DNA of 64,000 nt from Bilabrum cf. latius (Eukaryota). The notes beneath the pieces were generated by a model, which saw only the letters and a program-made list of their open reading frames with translations, ran no database searches and was not told the DNA's origin. Every line of letters starts with the position of its first letter. Position 1 is the stretch's first letter. Positions 1 through 11,360 of this stretch are shown one piece after another. Made by a program: the position numbers and the translations under genes. The stretch lies in NCBI GenBank assembly GCA_965178125.1, contig OZ237771.1, positions 434,001 to 498,000 of the forward strand, written 5' to 3'.

Positions 1-1
1 G

Positions 2-1279
2 ATAGCGGTCCTGGCAGCCTCCCAATGCGTAGCTCTAAACAACGGCCTCGGCCACCTGCCCCCCATGGCGTACAGCACCTGGAATGCGTTTGGCCCTTGG
101 CTCAACCAGACGCAAATCCTATAGAACGCTGCAATCATCAAGAACCGCGGCCTGTACGAGGCGGGATACCGAGGCATTCACATCGACGAGGGGTGGATAG
201 CGAGCAACCGGTCGAAGGATGGCAAACTTGTGGTTGATCAGGCCAAATTTCCATCCGGGATGGAGAGCTTTGGTAAAAGTGTCAAATAGCTCGGATTTAA
301 GCTGGGATTGTACACCTCGAGAGGAACAGAGCAGTGCGGCGCGGCGAAGGGGTACCATGCCCCGGGTTCGCACGGCTTCGAGGAGCAGGACGTGTCTTAG
401 ATGGCGTCTTACGGGGCCACGTTCATCAAAGTCGATTCCTGCACGGGATCTTAGAACCACTCTCAGGCGTATGCCGACTATTCCAAGTTCAGAGACGCGA
501 TGGCAAAGCAGCCGCAGCCCATCTTTCACTCCCTCTGCGGATGGAACGAATGGTATACCCCCGTGGGGTATTCTCTCGGCAACTCGTGGCGGGTGGCAGG
601 CGACTGCAGCCAGTACGACCACTTCCTGAATGTGGTTGACGCCATGGCCGCCGCGGTGCAGTGGTCAGGGCCGGGGGGCTGGAACGACGCGGACTTGCTG
701 ATTACCGAGCACACGCCGGCTGTGGGCGGATTCGATGCTCCTCAGCAGAGCCGCCTTTAGTTCAGTCTGTACTGCGTGATGAGTGCGCCGCTGATTATAT
801 CCGTTGACCTCCGGCAGCAGACCGAGTACGCCTTCGAGACGTATTCCAACAAGGAGGCTATCGAAGTGAACCAGGACGACATCGCCAGGCCGGGGTTCCG
901 GTTATTGGGGGGTGACGTGGGGCCGTCGGTGGCAGGTGATGGTACTGCTAGGAAGAACTAGAACCAGCAGCGATCGGACCGGGTGCAGGTGCAGACTTAG
1001 GGTAGCACAAACATCTGGGCCAAGCCACTGGCCGATGGGTCCATCGCGATGGTGTTTGCCAACTTCGGGAACGGCTCGGGTGTGACGATTGAGTGCCCGC
1101 TGCAGGGGTGCCTGGACCAGCTGGGCATCGGAGCGGGGACCAGGGTGGCTGTCAGGGATCTGTGGGCTCACTCGGACAATGGAACGTTCGTCGGTCACGA
1201 GGGCCTGTCTGTGCGCGTGGAGGATCCAACTGCGGGAGTGATGGTGCGGCTGACACCGGAGTGGGCATACGTCCGGTGA
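2..1279 (+). CDS. GH27 alpha-galactosidase-like glycosidase, 5' partial, intronless in this window, 7 in-frame TAG (Gln)
   Basis: Frame +2 reads LNNGLGHLPPMAYSTWN, IHIDEGW, KFPSGM, GFKLGLY, FIKVDSC, SWRVAGD, GPGGWNDADLL, SAPLIISVDLR and NKEAIEVNQD. In-frame TAG at 122, 287, 398, 452, 758, 959 and 998; ends TGA 1277-1279. Confidence 0.93.
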
Positions 1280-1460
1280 GGGTGAGGGCGAACGTGTGGT
1301 CTACCATTGAATGGCGTGTTGTATGCTAGAAATGTGGTACGGGGCAGGCAGGCCAGCTGCACCCGGATGCAGATCCACCGGTTGACGATCGATCGGAGCA
1401 ATGCTCGTGAGGCATGCGATCCGTTCGGGCTGACTTGGGATAGTATACAAGCTTCTAACA

Positions 1461-2878
1461 ATGGAGCAATTCCAGAGGCGCACGCTCAGAGTCACTAGAT
1501 CAACAAGACCAGAAATGCTCCTCTCGCATACCCGGGTATCACTCATGGAACGAACCACAAAAGCAAGAAGGAAGAACCGAACAGACCGGCGAAGACCTGT
1601 ATACGACGGTAGCTTTGGCAAACCAAAATTTCTGGGTGCAGGTGATCCGTATGATCCCCCTAAAAGCTCAACTTAGTTTTTCAGCCGCCCAGGCTCAGCG
1701 CTTCGCGTGGGCCGGGCAGGGGCAGGTGCTCGATCGACCAGCAGCCTCCCGCGGGTGAGACTGCAACCCCCTGGATAATCACTCAGTTTCACATCATTTT
1801 TCCGTACTATTCGTCATGTACACAATGTGCTTGATTCCACACGGATCGCAGGGAACTCGGCCACTGTCTGCTTCGGGGACAGGCGGCAGGTATTCAGAGA
1901 GCAAGGGCCAGGAGCCAGGCGACCATGATGCTCGCCCGACCAGCCGAGCAAGTGCCGGTGCGCGCAGGCGGCCGCAAAGCGCCGGCCCTAGAGGTCGCCG
2001 GGGCTTCTGCACCGCCACTAAGTCGGGCTAGCTGTTTTCCGCTCCCGCTTACGACACGACTCCAGCAGATGTGGACGGGCTTGTGCGTGGTGAGCGGGGG
2101 ATGCTTGGCAGGCGCACGCGGCCGAGCTCTGCGCCCCGAGGTGGCAGGTTCGGAGGGACAGGCACCTCCTCCACGGGTGGTAGAGGAACAACGGGAGCAT
2201 CCAACGGCTTGTTCCCTCCCGTCCCAAGGCCAAGGAGTGCCATGGGTGGTGGCAGACGAGGGAGTGAGAGGAAACCGATCCATGAGAGGGTCGAGGAGAG
2301 GGCTAGGGCCGCTCGGATGAAGCACCAGAGAGGATTTGGCCCGGGGAGCGCGGTGGGGAAGGTGAGTCGATTGAGTTTCTGCTGCGTTCCGTGTCGATGT
2401 GCCTAGCATGCTGCGAGATACCCGACCCCACTCGGTGTAGTGACTTCGCGAGCGTTGCCAAGCGCATTGAATTCGACGTCGACCCGCCCTTTTCTGGCAT
2501 TGGCCACTACCGCAGGAGTTCACACCGGCCAGCAAGATGCTGCTGGGCGGGTAGGGAGGTAGAGACTGGGAGGCAGCGGCATAGCGGCCCCCGACCGCGA
2601 ATGAATACGCCAGGCGCAGGTACGGCGGCACTGCATCGAGAGAGGCCGCCGGGGAGCGATTGCTGCCGCTGGGCGAGGGAACAAGGAGGATACAGGCTAG
2701 GAGGATCGCAGCAGGGCACTTTTCGGGATTTCCCGGGCATGCCGAAGAGCCATACCAGGATGGGTTCAGGATCCATACGGCGTAGAAACCGGGTGCCACG
2801 GGGCTGCTGTCGTACGAGACCAAGACGAGAGCTGCCAGAGCTGGGCTGTCGATCAGGAGACGTGGGCGAAGAGTCTGA
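1461..2878 (+). CDS. Hypothetical basic protein, 3 exons (1461-1754, 1852-2361, 2516-2878); faint resemblance to CFAP96/C4orf47-like GDPY/EEPY motifs
   Basis: Phase-0 introns GTGAGA(1755)..CGCAG(1851) and GTGAGT(2362)..CGCAG(2515) join the frames, with TAG read through at 1674, 2029 and others. Ends TGA 2876-2878. The family call is weak. Confidence 0.6.
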
Positions 2879-3094
2879 TCGCGATCGCGATCGGTTTGGG
2901 TATAGTACATCTTGCCTGGCCCGTGTATCCTTTCCGGGATCCTGCACGGTGTCGCGCCGCGTTTGGCTTGCTTTCTTTTTGACCAGTATTTACGGTGTAA
3001 CTTTAGCTAATCAGACCTGAGCTAGACGTATATCACATCCATCCTAGATCTATGCTAGTGCAAGAGTGTAAAAATATGCAAATGCTTGCTGCAA

Positions 3095-5818
3095 TCATGT
3101 CCTTGCCATCTCAACCCTCAGCTGCCTTTGAGACTATCTCAATTTCCTAGCTGCACTCGGGTCCATAATCCCAGCCAGAGCCCCCCCTGACGCATCCCCG
3201 TCATCGAAAGCGGGCATGCCCCCGCTCATGCCCCCGCCTCGTGGGCCCATGCCATCCCCTCTACCCTCGCCAAGGCCGATGCCTCCAGCGCCCAGAGATC
3301 CGCTGGCACCACCTACCTCACCGCCCCACTCCTCATGCACCTCCACCAGGCTCCTGCGACTCATGCCGAACGTGGCGGGGTTGCGAGTCGATATCCTCGT
3401 GGACCCCGACCCCTGCCGACCCACGCTCCCCTGGGGGCCCCCACCCCCTGCTTGGGGACCCGAGCTAAAGGCCCAGTAAGCCCCAAACGCCACGGCTGCA
3501 AAAACCACCATGACCCCGGCCACTACGCCTCCAATGAGACCGGAGTTAGCCCCCTCAGGCTCCCCCTTGTTGTCTATGATCGGACCCCCCGTTGTGGGCA
3601 GTGGTGTGGGGGTCGTAGAGGGTGACCCCGTTGGCTCAGGGGATGGCAGGGGGGAGGATGTAGGGGACGGCTGGGCCCCTGCCTGAGTGGACATGACCAC
3701 CCCGGAGAGCTGCACGAGCCTACCGAACTGAGAGAGGGTCGGGTTGGGGTTGTCGGACAGTGGGGCGGCCCCAAATATCACCGTCATCCCGACGTCTCCC
3801 CGGTCGGGATCGTTCTTAAAGAACGTTCCTCGGCCTTCATCAAGGGCCGTCAGGTTCCCCAGGAGCCGAGCGGTGGTCTGGTTGGTTCCCGCCAGCACCG
3901 CCACGAAATCCGTCGGGCTCTCCCTTACATCCAGCCCAGTGTCGTCCAGGGTTATCACCACCTCGCCCTCGGTACTCGTCACACCGCTTCTGTGCTCTAC
4001 ACTCGTCACACTCGAAAGCACGTGGAAGTAGCACGTGCGGCCCGCCTCGTAATACCTCCTCTGCGCGAACGTATTAAACGGTGCTTGCCTCACACCCTGG
4101 CCGTCGCTGGCCGAGAGAACAATCGGGTGGCTCGCAGTTGCACCCCCTGGCAGGAAACCGCACAGGGAGAGCGCCCCCGACCTGTAGTAGAGCGAGTCCA
4201 GCCTCGCGCACATGATGGACCGAGGCCCGGTGCCCGGTGCAGCGGCAGGCACGACGGCAAGTCTGTCTCTGCACTGCTTGGACAGGAAAACCTCCCGGCC
4301 CGCCTGGCCGGGGAGACTGGCCCTGGCCTGGATGCACTGCGCGTTGTAGGTCGCACTCGTCACACCGACCCCCGCGATGGAGTCGTTCCCCGCGGCCCCC
4401 AGGGAAAGCGGGGGCAGCACCCCCTCCTGCTCCAGGGGACACCAGTACGCAGACGCGGGGCTCCCATCATCGCCGGACCCCCCTGCCCCATCCGGTCTGC
4501 TGGCGGCCACTGCCTGCTCCGGTGATCCGATCACGCTCCGTGGGAGGCACCGCTGCACCCCGTTGTCTGTGGACAGAGCCTCCCGTGGGACCGGGACCCG
4601 GTCTTGTATCTTGAGGGTGCGCTCGTAGGTGCCGTTCTTCGGCCACTCGCGCTGATGCTGTGACGAGTGCAGGGGCAACTCCGAGCCAGATTCTGAGTCC
4701 ATGAGTTCGGCTCCGAGTCCCGAAACGTTCACGGGCGGGGGGCAGTCGGGCGCGTCGATGCAAATGGGTGAGCACTGGTGCCCGATCACATTGAACCTGG
4801 GCTCCTGAAACCAGTTGGTAGGCTCGCTGGCCCCAGGCCACTGAAACACACCGTTGCAGAGATTCGTCCTGGCGTCCCTGGCCTGCTGGGCCGTGGGTGC
4901 ATCGAAGAGGTTGACCAGCTGCTGCTTGGCAGTGGGGGTCCATGTGCTCCCCTGCACGTCCCCCGCCGAGCAACTGCCCGGTGCTCGCCCGTCGGGGCCC
5001 ACGTACGCAGGGTCGTCGGCGGCCGCTGGCCTGGCGTTGTTGTCCGCGAATATGGTTGCAACCGCTGGGTCCTGCGCATCCACGCACGGTGTGACGAATC
5101 CACCCGACTGCACCACACCGCCCAGCTGGTCCGCACCTGCCGGAAAGGACCAAGGCGAGGAAACCAGAGTGCGGCCCGCGGGACATCTCCAGCGCCGCCA
5201 GAACACGTACAGAGTGCCAGACACTGCCCCCGTGCTGCCCTCGCCCCGACGCAGTACTCCGCACAGGTCGCTCTGCGGCCGCTCGCCCTCGGAATTTTCC
5301 GGGCGAGTGGCGGGCGGCGTGAAAGCGTCTGTCGCCGTGACTTCGCCGGGAACCACCGTGCTTCCAGAAGCAGACGCAACCGACGGAATGTCTGCAAATT
5401 GGAGCGTGGGAGTGGGATCCACTGAGCCGGTGGGGTCCGTGGGCTGCTCCCTTCCGTTTGATGCGTCATACGACGAGCAACCTGCCGACGTCGTCAGCGC
5501 GAGGCGGGAGGCGGCCGCTCCCAAGTCGGAATTAAATTGAAACACAATTACGTCGCGGGCGGGGTCTGCGCCGGGCTCCCCTACCCATCGGGCAGTGATG
5601 GACTCAGCAGACTCTGTCACGAATCCGACGTTGTCACCGCTTGGTATCTCAATTGCAATGCAGGGTGCGGTCGCAATGCGCTCTGACAAATCCGTGTTAA
5701 GTAATACCGTGTCCTAGGCGGTGCAATCCCGCGTGGTTATCTCCCCTAGTGCTGTTTTCAGAGTCCCAAGGCACGCTACTGCGGCGATGGCTGCCACACG
5801 GGCACTTCGCCGCGTCAT
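3095..5818 (-). CDS. Type I single-pass membrane protein (~907 aa): signal peptide, Cys-containing ectodomain, CUB-like domain, S/P/T stalk, TM helix
   Basis: Extending the 851-aa ORF through TAG 5714 gives ATG 5818 with MTRRSARVAAIAAVACLG, a signal peptide. YEAGRTCYFHV...VITLDD...DFVAVLAG is CUB-like. TM is LIGGVVAGVMVVFAAVAFGAYW. Reading through TAG 3134 reaches TGA 3095. Confidence 0.8.
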
Positions 5819-6159
5819 TGGTCAGTTGATATCGGCCACTCAACCCGCAAAGATGCACAGCACAATACGTAGTAACAGGGGTATGCTGTAATTCGGTAGG
5901 TTTGCAGCGCCTCCGTGGCACATCGCACCGGAACGGACGAACGAACGGTCGCACGAAGCCGAAACGGACGAACGAACCCCGCCGGCGAGGGAAGGTGGTC
6001 GCGCCAGAGGAATCCATCAGGTCAGAGCGTGCCTGAGTTATGATCGCAGCGGTGGAGACACACTACAAAGTCACACGATCCATTCAACAACAGCAAACCA
6101 TTGCAGTACAGACCAGGTACAGACTCGATTCAGCTCCAGCCCCATTCAATGCACTCTCC

Positions 6160-9100
6160 TCATGGGCTAGGGCTCGACGACACGGGTGCGCTCGAGGCAG
6201 CATCTGCCGAGAATCGATCGTCCCTCTACTGCCCCCCCGAGGCAGCACCAGCCTCTTCCGCCTCCTCCTCGTCTTCATCCTCACCCTCCGTCCTGGATTC
6301 CAGTATCCTAGGCAGCTGCTGCTGCTGCTAGAACAGCAGACCGCCGCTCGAGCCAGTCCCCGCCACACCCAGCGCAGATACCCCTCCAGCCCCACCTTCA
6401 CTCGTCACATCCCCAAGTCCCTCCATTTCTACACCCTCTCGCTCACCCCCCACCTGCACCTCCAGCGACCCTTGAGTCATCATTGGAACAGCCCCCACCG
6501 CACCATGCCCCTGCCCCTGATCCTGTCCATGCCCCTGTCCATGCCCCATCCCCACGGGCGGCACGCGGTCCATGATCACGTCGTGCCCCGCCTACCCCTC
6601 GCCATCCAAGTCATCGAAATCACCGCCGCCGCTGCTGCCAAAGCTCATCTGCCTTTCTGATCCGATCCCAAAGCTGTGGCTGTGGCCGGTGGACTCCACG
6701 GATCCGGGCAGTGGCCCCTCCTCTTGCTCCTGCACCTGCAGCACTTGACCTCGTTCCCGCTTCGATTCACCCCCCTCCTCCTCCCCCGAATGACCAACAC
6801 TCTCCTAATCGTGCCTACCGCCGCCAACTTGCCCCCCCCCTTGCCCCCCCCCTTCCTCCAAATCAGACCCGGCCCCCGTGGCAGTCCGGTGGCCCAGCAG
6901 CAGCTGGGTGTCCGACTCGACCAAGAGGGCCAAGCTCCCGCTCTCCTCCACCCCCCCCCCTGGATTCAACTGGAGCCGCCGATCGGATTCGGAGCTAGAT
7001 ATGCCGGATATCACCCCTCCTATTCCACCTCCCCCTCCCCCTCCGCCCCCCCACGCAGTGCGCAAAGACGAGGGCGGGCCCTCGGCATGCCCCTGTCCTT
7101 GTCCTTGTCCTTGCCCCGCCTCCCCATCCGACCCGGAGTCGAACGCAACCGCCCGCCTTCGAGGCCGATACCCGGTCTCGTCATCTCCACTCGTCACACG
7201 AGCTATTCCGGACGATGACGACCCCATGATGCTGTTCCCCCGGGACAGGAGCAGGCTGCTGTCTGCAGTGCCCTTCGACTCCAGAGGACCGCCGCCGCCC
7301 ACCGGTACAGCCACGAGCCCAGCAGTTGACCCCTACCCGGTCTAACCCATGGCACCGTCGCCCGCAGAGCCTAGGTTCCGCTGGAGCGCGCGGCGCCGGT
7401 CCACCGCGTCCCACCCGGAGCCTATTTCCGGCAGTGTGCCCATCTGCGTCTAGACTTGGATGATCTTGGTCATGTGCCTCGACCGGGTGCTGATCTGCTT
7501 GGGCTGTATCCTCCTGACCTGCAGAGTTGACATGTGACCCCCACCTCCCTTCCCCCCGTGACCCCCCGCTAGCACCCCCCCACCCCCCGACATCTTGGAG
7601 TCTCTCCTCAGCTTCTCCTGGTCCCTCACGTGCTGCAGCTCGAGCTCGAGCCTCTTCCTCTGCCTCATGGCATCCACCCGGATCAGTTCCTTCACGAACG
7701 CGGGGGAGGTTACCTGCAGCTCCTGGAGGTCGGCACGGGACATGACGAGCACGTCCAAAAAGTCAACGGCTCTGTAGTGGCAGTTCCGCTTGGACCCGTA
7801 AATCACCCCGTGCTGCCCGAAGAAGTCCCCCGGCCGCATCGTCATGAACACGTTGTTGTTGGTCCCACCGGGAAGGATCGCATCCACCCTCCCTCGCTTG
7901 ATGAAGTACAGGTGCTTGGACTCCTCGGACTGGCGAGCCACGAACTCGCCTGGTAGGAAAGTTGCGTGCCTCAGCCGCTGCACCATGCGGATGTACACGT
8001 CGGCCGGCATGAACTGCAGCACTGGGATCCTGTCAATGAGGTCTCTGTTCATGACGATCATGAGACGGGACCTCAGCGAATCGGGAAGGTCGGCGAACAC
8101 GTCCGCCTCCTTGTTGGGGGTTGACCACATGTGCTCGTAGAAATCGATGATGATCCTCTGAAAGAAGGAGGGGACCTTGCGAGACCGCATGAAGGCAGTG
8201 ACCTTGTCTAGCGTCTGCCTCCGCTGGGTCGCGGTGGAATCCATGTTGGCCAGAGCCGAGGACGCCGACCCGATGATCAAAGAGTACATCATGAGGCCCA
8301 CGATCACCATGGTGGTGGTGAAGCCCACCTCCAGCTGGGACCTGGGAATGATATCGTCCCCCACCCCCGTGGTGACCTCGACGGCCCAGAAGAGCGCCTG
8401 GCTGTACTGCTGGCTGTAGGGCCTGTGCGCGTAGGAGGCGTCAGGCACCCACTCGTCACGGTAAAAAGGGTCGAACCAATCAGGGTTTGTCCCGTTGAGT
8501 ATGACCTGCTCCTGGGTGTCGTCGTCGCAAATGCACAGGTTAATGTAGCACGACCTCCCAGGGTTGGGGGTCCCCTCCGGGCACTGGCCCAGACCGAGGT
8601 ACTCCTCCCTTGCTACAAACCAGTAGGCGCACCCGATATTGTGCCACATCATAAACATGATGGCAAAGGACCGCAGGAACCGGATCATGGATGGGTTGAA
8701 CTTGATGCTCGTCTCCAGCATCTGAAAGAGACGGGGAAAGAGCTTGAGCAGGCGGAGCATGCGGAATAGCTTGAACAGCCGCAGCATCTTGAAGAGTTTG
8801 TTGACACCACCCGTGCCAGTGGTGAACCAGCCGATGGGGAAGGACGCCAGCACGTCGATGGGGAACCAGAAAGAGAGGTAGTTCCCCGCGATCATCTGCC
8901 AGTCCGTGATGAGAATCCCATCGTCCTTGTACGCCGTCCTGAAATTGATGGCGATGTCCACCAAGAAGAGCACATCGGACACGATGTCGAACACCTCCTC
9001 CGACTGTGTCAGCTAAATGTCAAAGCCCAGCCGGTAGGGCACGCTGAATCCGAAGAAAATGACGAGCCCGAGCAGCAGTAGGTCCCAAGCCACCTTGAGA

Positions 9101-11153
9101 GTCGCCTCAGGGTGTATGATCAAAAAGGGAAGGTGCTCCTCGTCCTCGGCGACGTTCCTCTGCTCGGCATAGGCGTAAATGTCCGACTGTTCCTTGATGT
9201 ACGAGTCCATTGCCTTGGCCGCTGACATGGACATGGACCCGCTCGTGGCCCGCGCCAGCCGAGAGGACTTTTCGCTGCCGCCCAGCCCCCCTTTGCCCGA
9301 GGCGCTTCCGTCCGCCATGGCCGCTGCCTGCTGCTGGAGGGCCTCTCGCTGGAAGCGGTTGATGGTGACCAGGCGGTGGATCACGCTCTTGAACTTGGCG
9401 CGGGTCTCCTTGCTCGCACGGAACCTTCGCTGGCTGGTGCTCGCCGGTGGAGCGGGCGCTGTCCCGTTCTTGTCTAACCGCCGCTTGCTCCTCGTCCTGG
9501 TCGAGGACCGGCGACGGTTCTTGCTTTTTCTAGATGACAGGCTCCCGGTGATGGACGGGCTCTGCAGGGCCACGAGGCCGGCGTGCTCCTTTGCCTCTTG
9601 CATCATCCGTTTGCGCTCCTCCGCTTCAGACCCTGCTGCGATAGGTGCGGGCGTCAAAGAGTTGCTTCGTCCTCGAGATTTCTAGGAGGTCCGCTTAGAC
9701 TGTTTGCTAGCTCCATCTGCCTTAAACTAGACCCCAATCGGGCTCAGCTTGCCTTCACGCAGCAGCTGCTTGCGAGCCTCCTACAAGATGTGCGGATCAA
9801 CTGCGCCTGCTGAACGCCTGCGGCTTCGCTTTGGTTGCTTCTCCAACTGCTTCCTCAACTTGTTAGCGCGTCGCTTTCCAATGCCACGCTAGTTTTCGGT
9901 AGACACGGAAGAGCCGCGGGAGTTCTATGACCGCACCCGTCTGGACTTCGATCCACTGCGACCGCTCTCGCTCTCTCGGCCGGAGGGGTACTCGTGATCG
10001 CCCTCGCTTCCATTCTCATTGCGAAGTTTATCCTTGCCTGGATTTGTACCGCGGGAGCGGGACGGTGTTGCAGCATCAGGCGTCTCTTCGCCGCGCGAGC
10101 TTGACGGCGACCCTGAGTGAACGTTCGCCGAGTCGTGCGAACCGGTTCGGCTGCCTGCTCGGATCCCCACAGGCACCCCAGACGTGAAACTGCTTGAAGC
10201 GCGCTGTCCGTTCTGACGTTGCTGCTCCGCAGGGAACGGCCTGGGCATCTGGAAGGAGCGAGCGCCGGCACCTGCCCCCTGGAGCACCCCCGCCACCGCT
10301 GCTGCAGCCGCCTCCTCCTTGTCCTGCTTGCTCCTGAATTCGGGGTCCAGGGACGCTGATCTGGGAAACGCGATCCTTCCCCGGCCCGCTGCCTGCCCCC
10401 TCTTGGAGGAACCGATGGAGAAGGAGCCGTGGGCCGAACCAAGCCTGCCTTTCATGCCTCCCAGGCTGCGCTGCGAAGAAGATCGGACGTCTTTGCGGGA
10501 CGGACGGCGCTACATACCAAGGCCCGCCGCTTCCAGCCCCCCCACGGTGCCGAATGCCATGAGGGTGCGCATCTGGTGCTTGGCCATCAGCGTGAACTCG
10601 TCGACGACATCTGGATCCATCAAACTCCCCTCAAACGGGGTACTACAATAATATACCACTAACTTGTCGTTTGACTGTATTAAATCTGCGATAGGAATGT
10701 CCAGATGCTGGGTGGATGCGAATTGTGAAGTGAGCCAGCTCGGGTTGCACGCAGTCGGGCACGCGAGTCTAGCAGGTGGAGATACGGCTAGATTCCAGTA
10801 GCATATACAAAGACCCAGCTGCTCTAACCAGTTGAAGTAACTTCCTCGCCGTCCGGCAGAAGGTATACGTGGACGTCATCCCAATTAATGCTTGTTAACG
10901 GCACCTCATCACCAAACAGCTGCTTCATGAAGATGCCCTTTAAGGTCTTCCATCCTGCTGATAAAGAGACTATCGCCAATTTTCCAACACCCGGAGTTCC
11001 TTGTTGCAGGTGTTCGCCGAATCGGTAGAGCTTCAGCCGGATAGTGTCTCGCGAACGGTCATCTCGACCGGACTTTGGGGCACTATCGTCGTTCCCGGCA
11101 ATTAGGGAGTCGAAGGCCATCCGTTCCGCCGATAACATTAAATGAGTCGCCAT
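6160..11153 (-). CDS. Cyclic-nucleotide-binding-domain (KCNH/CNG/HCN-like) cation channel with N-terminal KHA-like domain; intron 10686-10828
   Basis: S1-S6 (IIHPE..WD, DIAINFRTAY, YLSFWFPIDVLASFP, S4 KMLRLFKLFRMLRLLKL), pore ALFWAVEVTTGVGDDIIP, C-linker and CNBD (LYFIKRGRV, GDFFGQ). ORFs 6328, 6805, 7450, 9013 and 9925 are one frame joined by TAG, ending TGA 6160. Splicing gives DGEEVTSTDLIQSNDKLVV (KHA-like). The start could be 11120 or 11153. Confidence 0.88.
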
Positions 11154-11360
11154 GATAATACCAGAAATATACAAAGTGCAAGTGGGCGGCCGAGTCGACG
11201 ATACCTGCACAGCGAACGCAGAACTGAGCGCGACCGCTCGAAACCACACGTTACCACCGCGAAACAACCCGCGGCCATCGATCCACAAAGTTGGAGTTGC
11301 AGTGTATTGTGCAATACAAAACCGCAGGGAAAAGATCCGCACCATATACGCACTCATCGA

